In this document: one piece after another, positions 12,110-25,270 of the stretch
How the letters are laid out: every line of letters begins with the position of its first letter
How positions within the stretch are numbered: the stretch's first letter is position 1
From: Mobula hypostoma
Lineage: Eukaryota
Direction: 5' to 3'
DNA: 64,000 nt
NCBI RefSeq assembly: GCF_963921235.1
Contig: NC_086118.1
Span: 26,414,001 to 26,478,000, forward strand
Position numbers and translations under genes: made by a program
Notes under the pieces: model-generated
The model's input: only the letters and a program-made list of their open reading frames with translations
What the model was told of the DNA's origin: nothing
The model's database searches: none

Positions 12110-13090
12110 AAGACCATAAGACCACAAGATATAGAAGCAGACTTAGGCCATTTGGCCCATCAAGTCTGCTCCACCATTCCATTATGGCTGATCTAATATG
12201 CTTCTCAGCCCAATCTCCTGCTTCCTCCCGTATCCCTTCATGCCCTGAACAATCAAGAATCTATCGAGCTCTGCCTGAAATATACACAAGGACTTGGCCT
12301 CCATGGCTGCCTATGGCAAAGAATTCCACAGATTCACCGTTCTTTGCCAAAGAAATTCCTCCTCATCTCCATTCTAAAAGGACACTCCTCTATTCTGAGG
12401 TTGTGTCCTCTGGTCTTAAACTCTCCCACCATAGCAAACATTCTCTCCACATCTGCTCTATCAAGGCCTTTCACCATTCGACAGGTTTCAATGAGGTCAC
12501 CCTTCATTCTTCTGAATTCTACTGAATACAAGCCCAGAGCCATCAAATGTTCTTCATATGACAAACCATTCAATCCTGCCACTCACCTTTGTGAACTTCC
12601 TTTGAACCCTCTTCAGTTTCAGCACATCCTTTCTAAGATAAGGGGCCCAAAACTGCTCATAATACTCCAAGTGAGGCCTCACCAGTGCTTTAGAAAGTCC
12701 CAAAATTGCATCTTTGCTTTTATATTCCAGCCCTCTTGAAATGAATACTAACATCGCTTTTGCCTTCCTCACCACAGACTCAACATGCAAATTAAACTTC
12801 AGGGAATTCTGCACAAGGACTCCCAAGTCTCTTCGCACCTCCGTTTTATGTATTTTCTCTCCATTTAGAAAACAGTCAACCTTTTCATGTCTTCTAGCAA
12901 AGTGCATGACCATACACTTCCCGACAATGTATTCCATCTGTCATTTCTTTGCCCATTCTCCTAATCTATCTAAGACCTTCTGTTGCCTCTCTACTTCTTC
13001 AAAACTACCTGCCTCTCCACCTATCTTCATATCAACTGCAAACTTTGCAACAAAGCCTTCAATTCCATCATCCAAATTATTTACATATAA
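12110..13090 (-). mobile_element. CR1 LINE 3' portion
   Basis: Minus ORFs give YVNNLDDGIEGFVAKFAVDMKIGG, KCMVMHF, LVRPHLEYYEQFWAPYLRKD and GLYSVEFRRMKGDLIE..TRGHNL. Tandem (ACCATAAG) tail at 12110-12130. Confidence 0.92.
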
Positions 13091-13099
13091 AACACTTAT

Positions 13100-13796
13100 A
13101 CAGGTGACCCCTGTTTTCATGCAAGGGGTCAGTGTGGACATGGTGGAGGATTATAAATACCTGGGGATACGTATTGACAATAAACTGGACTGGTCAAAGA
13201 ACACTGAGGCTGTCTACAAGAAGGGTCAGAGCCGTCTCTATTTCCTGAGGAGACTGAGGTCCTTTAACATCTGCCGGACGATGCTGAGGATGTTCTACGA
13301 GTCTGCGGTGGCCAGTGCGATCATGTTTGCTGTTGTGTGCTGGGGCAGCAGGCGGAGGGTAGCAGACACCAACAGAATCAACAAACTCATTCGTAAGGCC
13401 AGTGATGTTGTGGGGATGGAACTGGACTCTCTCACGGTGGTGTCTGAAAAGAGGATGCTGTCCAGGTTGCATGCCATCTTGGTCAATGTCTCCCATCCAC
13501 TACATAATGTACTGGGTGGGCACAGGAGTACATTCAGCCAGAGACTCATTCCTCCAAGATGCAGCACAGAGTGTCATAGGAAGTCATTCCTGCCTGTGGC
13601 CATCAAACTTTACAACTTCTCCCTTGGAGGGTCAGACACCCTGTGCCAATAGGCTGGTCCTGGACTTATTTCATAATTTACAGGCATAATTTACATATTA
13701 CTATTTATGATTCTATTACTATTTATTATTTATGGTGCGACTGTAACAAAAACCAATTTCCCCCTGGGATCAATAAAGTATGACTATGACTATGAC
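13100..13796 (+). mobile_element. Rex1/Babar LINE 3' fragment, young
   Basis: VEDYKYLGIRIDNKLDWSKNT..KKGQSRLYFLRRLRSF..KSFLPVAIKLYN, then AATAAA and a (TATGAC)n tail. Confidence 0.9.
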
Positions 13797-14183
13797 TTCA
13801 CTAACCAAAGCTACAGTGGTATGTCAAATACTGATCAATATACCACAGAAGGAGGTGTAAGTATTAATGAGAATATTGAGAAAATTGATGTTGCCAGGAG
13901 TTAATGGGAAATTGTCTCTGCTGGTGCTCTTTTCTTCATGTGAAGTAGAGAGAGCATTGTAGTCTGAAGTGAATGATTAAAGTTAATTGATATAAGGATT
14001 ACTCTGCAAATATTAACCTAGGGCTAACACATGTTGTAGGTAATCAAGCTGAACCATGCAAACAGCTAACTCCAGGCTCAAGAACTCGGTTATCTTCAGG
14101 TATGTCGAAAAATAAGTCATAATGTGTTCTCTATCTGGTGATAATTGTTGGACGTGTGTCTGTCCAGTATTCTGTATTGCTAA

Positions 14184-14640
14184 ACGCTGATTTATACTTT
14201 TGTGTCAAATTGACGCCGTAGGTACGGCGTAGCCGCGAACCCTACGCAGAGCCTACTTGGATCCCTACGCCATAGCCTGACGCGCACCTCTCCCAAAATG
14301 TAACTATGCGTTGCAACAACGCAGACTGCAACCACTGTGATTGGTTCACTTGGTAGCATCGCATTTCCTCCTACGCTGCAATAGCTTCCCATTGGGTGAC
14401 TGAAGGGCAGGGAAGGAACTCTGGCTGCAATACTTTCCATAAAGCTTTACATTCGCTTTTACGAAAAAAGACACTCGCTTTAAACTTGTTTACCCCGAGA
14501 AAGACTACCATGAAGCCTTGCACGGGCAGGTGTGTGCGCATGCAGAGCGATGTAGACACCCCAACGCACAAGTATACATGCTCACAACGCGTGTAGGCCA
14601 CTTGCGTAGGTTACAGCGTCCATTTGACGCAGTTCAGCCT
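14184..14640. mobile_element. PIF/Harbinger-like MITE
   Basis: Imperfect terminal inverted repeats (gctga...gtcaaattgacgccgtag and ttacagcgtccatttgacgcagttcagc), flanked by TAA at 14181-14183 and 14641-14643. Confidence 0.7.
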
Positions 14641-14704
14641 TAAGCGTTCTGCACTTGAACTGACAATAATCATCAGGATACTTCAAACTGATATCAAAGG
14701 TCAG

Positions 14705-14790
14705 CTAACAATATGCTGAAAGAACTCAGCAGGTCAAGCAGCATCTCTGGAAAGGAACTGTTGACATTTCAGGTTGAAAGACTGCATTGG
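14705..14790 (-). mobile_element. PLE terminal-repeat remnant
   Basis: gaactcagcaggtcaagcagcatct...gttgacatttcagg is the reverse complement of a CCTGAAA.GTC.AC...GATGCTGC repeat. Confidence 0.6.
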
Positions 14791-15262
14791 CACCCTAGAA
14801 AGTGAAATCCAGATGGAAATAAACCCTTCGAATGAGGAAAAGAAGGAAATTAGCAGCTAGAAAATAAGTCTTAATTGATAGTAAATCTTAGCCATAATTA
14901 CATGGTTACCTGTTCATTTTTCTACTATGAAGTGAGACACATTGGGAATAGAATCTAAACCACCAATTTTGTTTCAAATTATATTAAAGTTATATCAACC
15001 GCCCTATCTTTAACTCTTTGGGTCAAAGGAGGCAGGACTTGTATTTCATAACTGGAATGCTCCACAATACTTCAACAATCAATGACAATTTTCTTGATGT
15101 AAAGTCAAAGGGCAGAACTATTTACTTTTGAATTCATTTGATTGGAGTTGAACGTCTCTGGTTCATATCTTTGCAGCAAAATGGTACAGACTGAGGATGA
15201 AGCATACTGGTTCACCAATGAATAAGTTTCCAAAGAAGATTATGTTATAATCAGCCAATGTT

Positions 15263-15838
15263 AAAACATAGAAACACAGAAAACCTACAGCACAATACAG
15301 CCCTTCAGCCCACAAAGTTGTGCCGAACATGTCCCTGCCTTCGAAATTACTAGGCTTACCTGTAGCCCTCTGTTTTTTAAAGCTCCATGTACCTATCCAA
15401 AAGTCTCTTGAAAGACCTTATCGATCCGCCTCCACCACCGTTGAAGGCAGCCCATTCCACACATTCACCACTCTCTGAGTAAAACACTTACCCGACATCT
15501 CCTCTGTACCTACTCCCCAGCACCTTAAACCTGCGTCCTCTTGTGGCAACCATTTCAGCCCTGGGAAAAAACCTCTGACTATCCACAGGCTCAATGCCTC
15601 TCATCATCTTATACACCTCTATCAGGTCACATCTCATCCTCCGTTGCTCCAAGGAGAAAAGGCCAAGTTCACTCAACCTATTCTCATAAGGCATGCTCCC
15701 CAATCCAGGCAACATCCTTGTAAATCTCTTTTGCACCCTTTCTATGGCTTCCACATCCTTCCTGTAGTGAGGCGATCAGAACTGAGCACAGTACTCAGAG
15801 CACAGTGGGGCCTAACCAGGGTCCTATATAGCTGTAAC
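15263..15838 (-). mobile_element. CR1 LINE 3' fragment
   Basis: IERVQKRFTRMLPGL..YENRLSELGLFSLEQRRMRCDLIEVYKMMRG; (AACATAGA) tail. Confidence 0.92.
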
Positions 15839-16760
15839 TGTGTGAAACTGTTAAATGTGAAAGTCATGCAATTAATAGGAGATGGGAGAAAAGCAGCAAA
15901 TAGTCCTCAAATATTTATAGTATTAACATAAGAGCAATTTCAATAACAGTCTGAAAAAGATCCATTGCACTGCTGGAAAATTACTTCCTTTACCCACGAA
16001 AATTTATGAGCTTGTCCAGAATAAACCTTTGGGGAAAGCACCACTTGTCAAAATGCTGGTTTGTTTAATGCAAGGAAGATGGATTGTTGAAAACGTTGAA
16101 GTAATTTTAATCCTGTAAAGCAATAGCAACCCTGCAGAGATTAGAAGTACATAAATTGAGCCATTGGCCTGTGTCTTCTGCCTGCCTGATATGATCTTCA
16201 TTACTGTCATGTGATCTGGACTTAAACTAGTTCTCTTCCCACAGTGGACATACATAACACTATCCACTCCTTCAGCACAGTGGACTGTTATCAAATCATC
16301 CAAAAAGATCAGGATTGCAGCAGAATGTATCCAGGCTTCTCACAGTGACATCCACCATTATCTTCCTCAGTCAGATTACTGTAAATTTCGATCATCACAA
16401 ATTAAAATACATTAAAATTAAGGTACACCCAAATCCACTCTTCATCCAGTGCATCTTCACTGCCACGATGCTTCATCCACTGTTGCCACCTTGAACTGGT
16501 AGTAGACTTCAATATGTTAATAGTGGAGCTAATGATTGTTCAATGCTTAAAACCAGAAATATTATTACCCTGAACATTGCAAGAGTCAGGCTAGCTGCAA
16601 TCAGGATTGAAAAAAAAACTTTATTAACATTGATTTGGAGCACAACCAATTCTGGTCCCCTCAACTTTGCATTCCTTCTATCAACTTGTTTGCCCCATCC
16701 TAGCCAATATTCTCATCACCTCCTTCACCTTGACTTCTCTCATTTGCTTCTAAAACTGCA

Positions 16761-17405
16761 GGAGGAGAAGATGGTGGGAGGAGAAGATGGCGGTGTGACG
16801 CAGCGCGCGCAGCTCTCCGGTGAAATGATATCGTATTTGTAAGTAGGATGCCGTGCACAATTCTGATTTGATGGAGACAGACGTCAGAAGCACAGAGGAA
16901 CATCTGGAGAAACTTCTGAAATGCCTGGTTCGCTGCTGCTGCTACTGTGCCATCGAGAATCTCCGGAGGGAAGTCCCCAGAATCCCTGGCTTTGCCTGCT
17001 GCTGGCGACCGAGGCTGGGGTCGAAGCTTTTGGCTGAGATGGTGCTCGGTACTCGGTGTCGGAGGGCTGGTCGGAGGCTCCGAAGTTTTCGGAGAACTCA
17101 GAGTTGGACTGTGATCGGGCATGGCAGGGAGAGTTTTCTTCCTTCTCCCGTCTGCGTGAGATGTGGGACTTTCCAGAGACTTTGAACTTTTTTTTACTGT
17201 GCCCATGGCCTGTTCTTCATCAAGTTATGGTATTGTTGCACTGTTGTAACTATATGTTATAATTATGTGTTTTTGTTAGTTTTTCAGTCTTGGTCTGTCC
17301 TGTGTTTCTGTGATATCACACCGGAGGAATATTGTATCATTTCTTAATGCATGCATCACTAAATGACAATAAAAGAGGACAGCGTGTCCTCATAATCTAA
17401 TCTAA
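16761..17405 (+). mobile_element. Non-autonomous retroposon family X, copy 1
   Basis: Homologous over its length to 36729-37371. Starts GGAGGAGAAGATGG (doubled) and ends AATAAAA-GAGGAC-N5-GTCCTC-(AATCT)n. Confidence 0.8.
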
Positions 17406-18389
17406 AAAACAGCTCATCCCAACTAACAAATCCACTTGAACCGTCGCCATGCCTCACAGCTGTATCCTGGTCCAAACGTTAGACCAACCTTTACTCAGCT
17501 TGATGTCCAGCTGTTGAGAGCAAAATTTTCCAGCAAAGATGAACCTCCAGCTAACTACAAAGCCACTGTTTAGAGAGCCCCTGAGGTAATAAATTAATTT
17601 GAGATTCTTGCTTCTTTATCAGTGCTTTCCATGCTACATACATGATATATCAAAAGCCCTGCCACAGAAATGAATGGCCATGCAAAAATCAATCTGCTAG
17701 AATATATTCTCAATTTTCATCCTTGTGTATAACTAAAAAAAAACAGGCTTGCAATCCAATCCCTGTGTACATGGAACTCAACAATGGAAAAGGTCACACT
17801 GAAAATGGTTGCTCTCCAGGAATGTGAAAGACATCAAATAATATTTGAAACAAAACCATAGGGTAACATTTCCCTTATAGGTGAGAATTCTTGGAGATTA
17901 AATGAAAGCAATCAACATTCTCGTAGTTCAGAGAAATGTGGAAACAAACCTATTATGCAAGTCATTAAGTGCCTATAGTTTTATAATTCAATCAATAAAT
18001 ACAAATTACGAACTTGGTTCATTACAAGGGGTGTTGAGAAATCTTTTCGAAGGAAACATGGAGAGGATATGGGTGCATCAGAAGAACAAAACAGCAATTT
18101 ATGCCATCAAAAACGGAGGATAAATAAAGTGCATGACTATGGCAAAGTCTTCTCACTGCAAACATCAAGACAGGTAAAGTTCAATTTCCTTTGATATACT
18201 CAATACTAAAAATGAAAAATATAATATTGGCAACAATATAACCACAGTAATAGAGAAGCTCCAATAAACCAGAAAATCAAGTGCTGTAAACCCACTGTAG
18301 TCCAACACATGCCTGTTAGCACACAGCTTGCAATTGGGTTATTTGTATTCAACCAGAAAAGACCAAAGTAGGAGCTTGCATTTAGGTAC

Positions 18390-18885
18390 ATAATTGGCTC
18401 CCTTCCCATCTACCTTGTATACCTCAAACTTCAGATGCAATACTGAGTTGTATCATCTGCAGAAATTTTCTGATGATTCAGCAATATTTCGGTGTATAAA
18501 GGGAGGATGGGAGGATGAATTCAGGGTCCTGGTGGAGGACTTTGACAAATGGTGTAAGCTGAATCATCTGCAGCTCAACATCAGTAAGACAAAGGAGATG
18601 GTGATGGACTTTAGGAAGACTAAGCCAGCTCTGCTCCCTGTTACTACTGATGGTGAGGACTTGGATATGGTAAGGACCTACCAGTACCTGGGGTACACCT
18701 GGATGACAGACTTGAGTGCAGCACCAACTTAGAGGCTGTGTACAAGAAGGGCCAGAGTCGCCTCTACTTCCTAAGGAGACTGAGGTCCTTTGGAGTATGC
18801 AGGCTGCTCCTTAACATGTTCTACCAGTCTGCGGTCACCAGTATAATCTTCTATGCGGTGGTGTGCTGGGGCAATGGCAATGGCA
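18390..18885 (+). mobile_element. Rex1/Babar RT fragment
   Basis: LQKFSDDSAI..LQLNISKTKEMVMDFR and KKGQSRLYFLRRLRSF, with a frameshift between them. Confidence 0.9.
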
Positions 18886-18904
18886 ATAGCAGTAGCACAG
18901 GTGA

Positions 18905-20018
18905 TATCACTGAATATCTCTTGGAGTACAGTTAAGTCAATTATCAAGAAATAGAAACAACATGGCGCAGCTGTAAATCTGCCTAGAGCAAGTCGTCCTC
19001 AAAATCTGAGTGACCGTGCAAGAAGGGGACTAGTGAAGGAGGCCACCAAGAGACCTATGACAACTCTGGAGGAGTTACAAGCTTCAGAAGCTGAGATAGA
19101 AGAGACTGCGCATACAACTGTTGCCTGGGTGCTTCACCAGTCGCAGCTTTATAGGAGAGCGGCAAAGAGAAAGCCACTGTGAAAAAAGCAAATGAAATCT
19201 CAGCTGGAGTGTGCCAGAATGCAAGTGGGAGACTGTGAAGTCAGCTGGAAGAAGATTCTATAGTCTGATGAGACCAAAATTGAGTTTTTTGGCCACCAGA
19301 CCACACACATCATCAAGGATACACCATCTCTACCGTGAAGCGTGGTGGCGGCCGCACCATGCTGTGGGGATGCTTCACTGCAGAAGGCCCTGGAAGGCTT
19401 GTGAAGGTAGAGGGTAAAATGAATGCAGCAAAATACAGGGAAATCCTGGAAGAAAACCTGATACAGTCTGCAAGAGAATTGCAACTAGGGAGAAGATTTT
19501 TTGCCACCAAGACCCCAAGCAAAAAGCCAACGCTACACAGGAATGGCTTAAAAACAACAAAGTTAATGTCCTGGAGTGACCAAGTCAAGAGTCCAGACCT
19601 CAATCTAATTGAGAATTTGTGGCTGGACTTCAAAAGGGCTGTTCACTCACAATCCCCATGCAATCTGACAGAGTTTGAGCAGTTTTGTAAAGAAGTATGG
19701 GGAAAAGTTGCAGTGTCCACATGTGCAAAGCTGATAGAGACCTATCCACACAGTCTCAAGGCTGTAATTGCTGCCAAAATGTGCATCTACTAAATACTGA
19801 CTTGTAACAGGTGAGTAATTATGCAATCAATTATTTTGTTTCATATTTGTAATTAATTTAGATCACTTTGTAGAGATCTGATTTTACTTTGACACGAAAG
19901 AATATTTTGCATTGACCAGTGTCAAAAATCCAAATTAAATTCACTGTGATTCAATGTTGTAAAACAACAAAACACAGAAACTTCCAAAGGAGGGGGTGAA
20001 TACTTTTTATCGGCACTG
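18905..20018 (+). mobile_element. Tc1-like transposon, 5'-truncated, decayed transposase
   Basis: SDETKIEF, GGG..MLWGCF..GPGRLVKVEGKMNAAKYREILEENL and SPDLNLIENLW. Right end gggggtgaatacttttt..ggcactg at 20018. Confidence 0.88.
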
Positions 20019-22027
20019 CATATAATGAGGACATGAGTTGTGAGTCCTTGAAAGTAAGTCCATATGTTGAGGTGAGGGAAGTTCTCCACACTGGTTCCAG
20101 ATGGTTGAAGGGTAATAACTGTTCCTGAACCTGGTAGTGTGGGACCTAAAGCTCCTATATCTCCTCCCCAATAGAAGCAGAAAAGATCAAGGCGAGGGGT
20201 GGGTGGGGGGATGCCATTGATGATGGATGCTGCTTTCATATGGCAGCACTCCTTGTAGACATCCTCAATGGTGGGGAGGGTTTTCCTGTGATGGACTGGG
20301 TTTTGTCCACCATGTTTTGTAGGCTTCCCTGATCATGGGCATTGGTGTTTCCACATCAGTCAGTGTACTTTCCACTGTGCATCTATAGAAGTTTGTCCAA
20401 GTTTTAGATAACATGCACAATATGAGCCAACTTCTAAGACAGTAGATACACTGTCATATCTCCTTTATGATGGCACTTATGTGCTGGACTCAGGGCAAAT
20501 CCTCTAATAAGATAACATCAAAGAACTTTAAGTTACTCACCCTTTCCACGTCCAATCACCTAATGAGGTCTGGCTCATGGAGCTCAGGTTTTTTCCTCCT
20601 GTAGTCAATATCAACACTTTGGTTTTGCTGACATTGAGTGAGAGGTTGTTGTGGTACCATTCAACCAGATTTTTGATCTCCCTCCTCATGTCAATTCATC
20701 ACCACCTTTCATTTGGCCAACAACAGTGACGTCATCAGCAAACTTTAATATGGCATTGGAACTGTACTTAGCAACACAGTCATAAGTATAAAGTGAGTAC
20801 AGTGGGGGTGGGGGTGCGAAGCACATGGCTTTGGGGTGCACCTGTGCTGATGATGATTGTGACAGAGATGTTGTTGCCAATCTGGATTGGCTTGGGTCAA
20901 TACAGATTGGTAACAACAATGGATTGACGATCCAGTTGTACAGAGAAGTATCAAGTCCTTGGTTTTGGAGCTTAGTGATTAGTTTTGAGGGTGTTTAATA
21001 CTGAGCTCTAGTCAATCATGAGCATCCTGATGTATGCATCCTCAAATGTCCAGCTGTTCCAGAGCTGAGTGAAAAGCCAATGAAATGGCATCTGCTGGTG
21101 ACCTGATGTGACAATTGGCAAAATGAAGCAGATCCAAGTTGTTCCTCTGGCAGGAGTTGATATGTTTCATCGCCAACCTCTCAAAGCACTTCATCACAGT
21201 GGATGTAAGTGCTACTGGAGGATAGTCATTGAGGTAGGTTACCATGTCCTTCTCAGAAACCAGTATAATTGAAGCCTGCATGAAGCAACTGGGTACTACA
21301 GACTGCTGAAGCAAGAGGTTGAAGATGTCAGTAAATGTTCCAGCCAGTTGATTAGCACAGGTCTTCAATACTCAGCCAGGTGCACCGTCTGGGCCAGATG
21401 TTTTCTGTGGGTTCATCCACCTGAAGGATGCTCTCATGTCGGCCTCAGACTGAAATCACAGGGTCGTCAGGGGACATGGGAGTTTGCTAAGGTAATTCCA
21501 TGTTCTGTCAGTCAAAATGAGCAGAAGAGGTATTGAGCTCATCTGGAGGTGAAACTCTGCTGTCATGTATTGGTTTTGCTTTGTAGGAGGTGATGGCATT
21601 CATACCCTGTCACATCTGTTAAGCATCCTCCTGTGATTCAAGTTTGGTCCAGAATTACCACATCGCATGTGAAATGGATTTCTGGAGTACCTGGATCTCT
21701 TGTCATCAGTCCTGAACAACACAGATCTATCCCCTCAACAGATTGTGGATCTCTTGATTCATCCAAGGCTTCCGGTTGGGGAAGACTCTGAATGTTTTTG
21801 TAGGGACACACTCATTCACAAGTGTCTTTATAAAGTCCATGACAACTGTGGCATATTCAATCAGGTACTCTAATGAGCCCTTGAAATAGGTCCATTCCAC
21901 TGACTCAAAGCAATTCCACAGCCACTCATCCACCTCACTGGCCTACCTCTTTGTTGTCCTTACCTCTGGTGCCTTGCTCTTTAGCCTCTGCCTGTATGCA
22001 GGCAGGACAAGAGCAGCCAAAATAATT

Positions 22028-22445
22028 CTTCTTCTTCTTCATGTGCCTTGCATGTTACACGCTTGGGCGATCATGGCTTTCCACATTGAACGATCCCATG
22101 CAGCGTCAATGATATCTCGCACACCTAGATCGGTTAGTTCTTTCACAGTGTCCATATATTTTCTTCTTTGCCTTCCTCTTCCGCGTTTCATAGAAACATA
22201 GAAAATAGGTGCAGGAGTAGGCCATTCAGCCCTTCAAGCCTGCACCGCCATTCAGTATGATCATGGCTGATCATCCAACTCAGAACCCTGTACCAGCCTT
22301 CCCTCCATACCCCCTGATCCCTTTAGCCACAAGGGCCATATCTAACTCCCTCCCAGGCATACGACCTTGTAATGTAAGGCATTCTATTTCTCCCTTTCTG
22401 ATGACATGGCCCAGGAATTTAAGCTTCCTCTCATTTAATGTTCTC
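22028..22445 (-). mobile_element. RTE-clade LINE 3' end nested in the Rex1 copy
   Basis: Minus strand RKLKFLGHVIRK..LQGRMPG|KRGRGRQRRKYMD..DRSMWKAMIAQ with a (GAA)n tail. 11-bp TSD CCAAAATAATT at 22017-22027 and 22446-22456. Confidence 0.85.
22190..22352 (-). mobile_element. CR1 3' UTR fragment nested in the RTE
   Basis: atagaaacatagaaaataggtgcaggagtaggccattc... Removing it restores MPGKRGRG in the RTE. Confidence 0.85.
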
Positions 22446-23824
22446 CCAAAATAATTAGATTTCCCAAATGCAGTCTGGTAATGGAACGGTGGGCATTTTT
22501 GATGGTGGTGTAGCAGTGGCCAAGTGTTTTGGGTCCTCTGGTGCTACCAGTGATGTGCTGATGGTAACTGGGCAGAGATTCCTTCAAACTAGCCTGATTA
22601 AAGACACTGGCAAGAATGTGAAAGGTGTTAGGGAGTAATGGAGGGGCTGATCCTATGGACGTGCCTAATCTTTCTGATAGTGTTGGATGCAAATGCAACC
22701 AATTCAAGGCCTGCTGAATCCACGGTGCTTCAACTTTGCAATTACCTCAGCAGTACAATTGACCACAGTCATGATAGGCAACTGTATAATTTCAATGCAG
22801 CTCTATTGAATGCGTGCAGAGAAGGTTAACTGGGTGAGCAGTTAATACAGTTCTCCCAACTTCAGCGATATGCTGTGGTAATCTATTAGGAGCACTATGT
22901 TCAGTAATAATTGATCTCCAGTATTACTAGAGCTACACAAACCTCTGATATGGCTGCATTTGTTCTGTTCACTTATAACAATAAATTTCCCAGTTCAGGA
23001 ATTACAGTCTTGAGGTTACTGTCAGTTTATTAATTGATTACCAATATTTAATTCTCTAGATTAATTTATTTCAATCTTAACGCATTGCATTCAATTCATT
23101 AAATTTGGGCTCATAACTTTATTAGCAGCTCTTAATTAGTTGAGTAGAGACCTATTCAGATAGTTAAGTATCTTAAAACTAAGAAGAAAATAAATTGAGA
23201 CACTCCAACAAGCTGAATGAATGACAAGGGCACAAAGTAAGTCGGCATGGCTCTGGGTACAGGAACAGCAGAAGCCCACTTAGCTTCTCAAACAATTTTC
23301 ACCACTCAGTTGGATCATGACAGGTGTGTAACTCATTTCACTTTTAACACCTTTTTCCCAAACCTGAAAATCTATTTGGCGTTCAGTTAACCCAATGCCC
23401 AGAAAGCGCTAGTGGAAAAGAGTAGCTGATTTTCACTTCCTTTTATGTGCAGAATTTGTTATTTGATTTTGCTACTCGCTCTAACCTTAACTGTCCTCTG
23501 GTTTCCCCCGCAGGTAGCAGGAGTTCCTCTGATCTAAGCTATCGAATTTATTTGTCATCTTAAGTGCTTCAATTTGGATCAGACTTCAAGTTTCAAAACT
23601 CAAAACAGTGTCAATTGAGGTTGTACTGTACATCCATCATAAACAATAATTTCTTGGGGACTTATAAATCACACTCAACACAGCACTCCAGATGTGGCTA
23701 TTAATTTTGTTTGATTGCATTTATATTATGATACCAATTATCAAATGCAAAACTTTAGCTTAAGTTTTATTATATTTACTCATGAATCATATACTGTGGA
23801 AGATAAAATTTCCCCATGCACCTG

Positions 23825-24570
23825 AATTTCAAAGATTCAATGATTCAAAGCAGATTTATTATCAAAGAATGTATAAATTATACAACTTGAAAACTGTCTG
23901 TTTACAGGCAGCCACAAAACAAGTAACCCGAATAACCCAATTTAAAAAAAGACCAAAAACCACTGTGCCAAGGAAGTGAGAGAAAAAAACACACACATCT
24001 TGCAAACAATAGAAGCAAGCCTACAGCACCCGGAACTAGACTGAGAACCAGATCTGCTCCCAGAGCAGCAGGAGTAGAGCCAAGTTTCAGTCCTCCAGTT
24101 CGTCACACCAGCAGGGCAGAAATGCACAGCAGCCAGATCAGTTCACAGCCTTGGTGCTGCGGAGAAAAGAAGGAACGTTCATGGAAGAGCGAGTGAAATC
24201 AGCCCAACCCTCACCTCTGCACCCAACACTTGGGCTTCCATTCTATCTGCGCCGACAGTTAAATTGTCCAAGCACCGGATAGTGCCAGGTAATAGGACCT
24301 GGATCCTGGTGCCCTGATACACTTTGGGCTGCCCCACTCGGCGTTTGGAACGATCCAACTTTGCCCGGGTTAGGTGGAAGGACGTTGGAACTCTTCCGCA
24401 CCAACTCCTCTCCAAAGTGCTCACTCCATCTCCGACAGCGATACGAACTCCGTCTGGGACTCCAGCTCTGGCTCAAGTACGTTGCACCTTGCAATGCCCC
24501 AGCATAGCTCTTCCCCCGAAACAGCCTCGCTTCTGCCTGCCTCCTCACTGTCTGCGATGATAATTCACCA
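23825..24570 (-). mobile_element. Non-coding retroposon with Rex1-like tail
   Basis: Tandem (GATTCAA) tail and tttattatcaaag..tatacaac segment shared with 30935-31350. Confidence 0.5.
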
Positions 24571-24879
24571 CATTTTGCTTCATGAGTATGCTACTGCAGG
24601 TTTTTATGATTGATGAAACTATGGGCATGGAATAAAAAGGTGATGCGAGAGGCACTCAAGGCCTTAACTAATCTTGGTGAGTACTTGCCTTGGTCTCTAT
24701 AATTTGTCAAAAAAACCTGAAAAATGATTGGAATGCCCTTCTGGCAAAGTTAAACAGCTTCCAACATGTTTTCTAAGAGTGACATCTGAAGGATTGCCTG
24801 AGAATTCTACTGGGGACAGAAGTGACCGAATTATTCTCCTGCACGCTTCTCACCATGTAAGTAAATGACATTAAAATCA

Positions 24880-25270
24880 AAGACAGTCAAAATCCAGTTC
24901 ATTGTCACATGTGCAAGTACATATTTGCACAAATGCAATAAAGGCATACTTGCAGCAACATCAAAGGTACATAGAACTACATAAGCAGCATTCACAGGAA
25001 AAAAAATAAGTTCTATACAATTTTTACGAGAAAAACACAACTAGAACAAAAAAAGTGGTGCAAGGTGATCCTGGTGATCATACTGTTGCTGAGCTGTAAT
25101 GATTAGGTCTCTGAGAGTTAGTTCAAAAACTGAATGGTCGAGGGGAAGCAGATGTTCTTGAACCTGGTGGTGTTGGACTTCTGTACCTCCTGCCCAATGG
25201 TAGCCTTGAAAAGATGGCATGGTCAGGACGGGAATATTTGATCTTGCCTTCTTGAGGCGGCACCTCCAGC
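24880..25270 (-). mobile_element. Rex1/Babar 3' end remnant
   Basis: ggggaagcagatgttcttgaacctggtgg is antisense of TTRFKN(S)F-like C-terminus plus 3' UTR. Confidence 0.6.

Larger units (their letters stand above)
20030..22620 (-). mobile_element. Rex1/Babar LINE, decayed (endonuclease C-terminus through RT)
   Basis: TRGPKTLGHCYTTIK, CFESVEW..FPNRKPWMN, CANQLAGTFTDIFN..VALTSTVMKCFERL and LKFADDVTVVG. Confidence 0.9.

Noticed and set aside
16700..17262. Overlapping ORFs in family X
   Set aside because: They reflect GC-rich sequence, and the frames are not maintained over their length in the 36729 copy.
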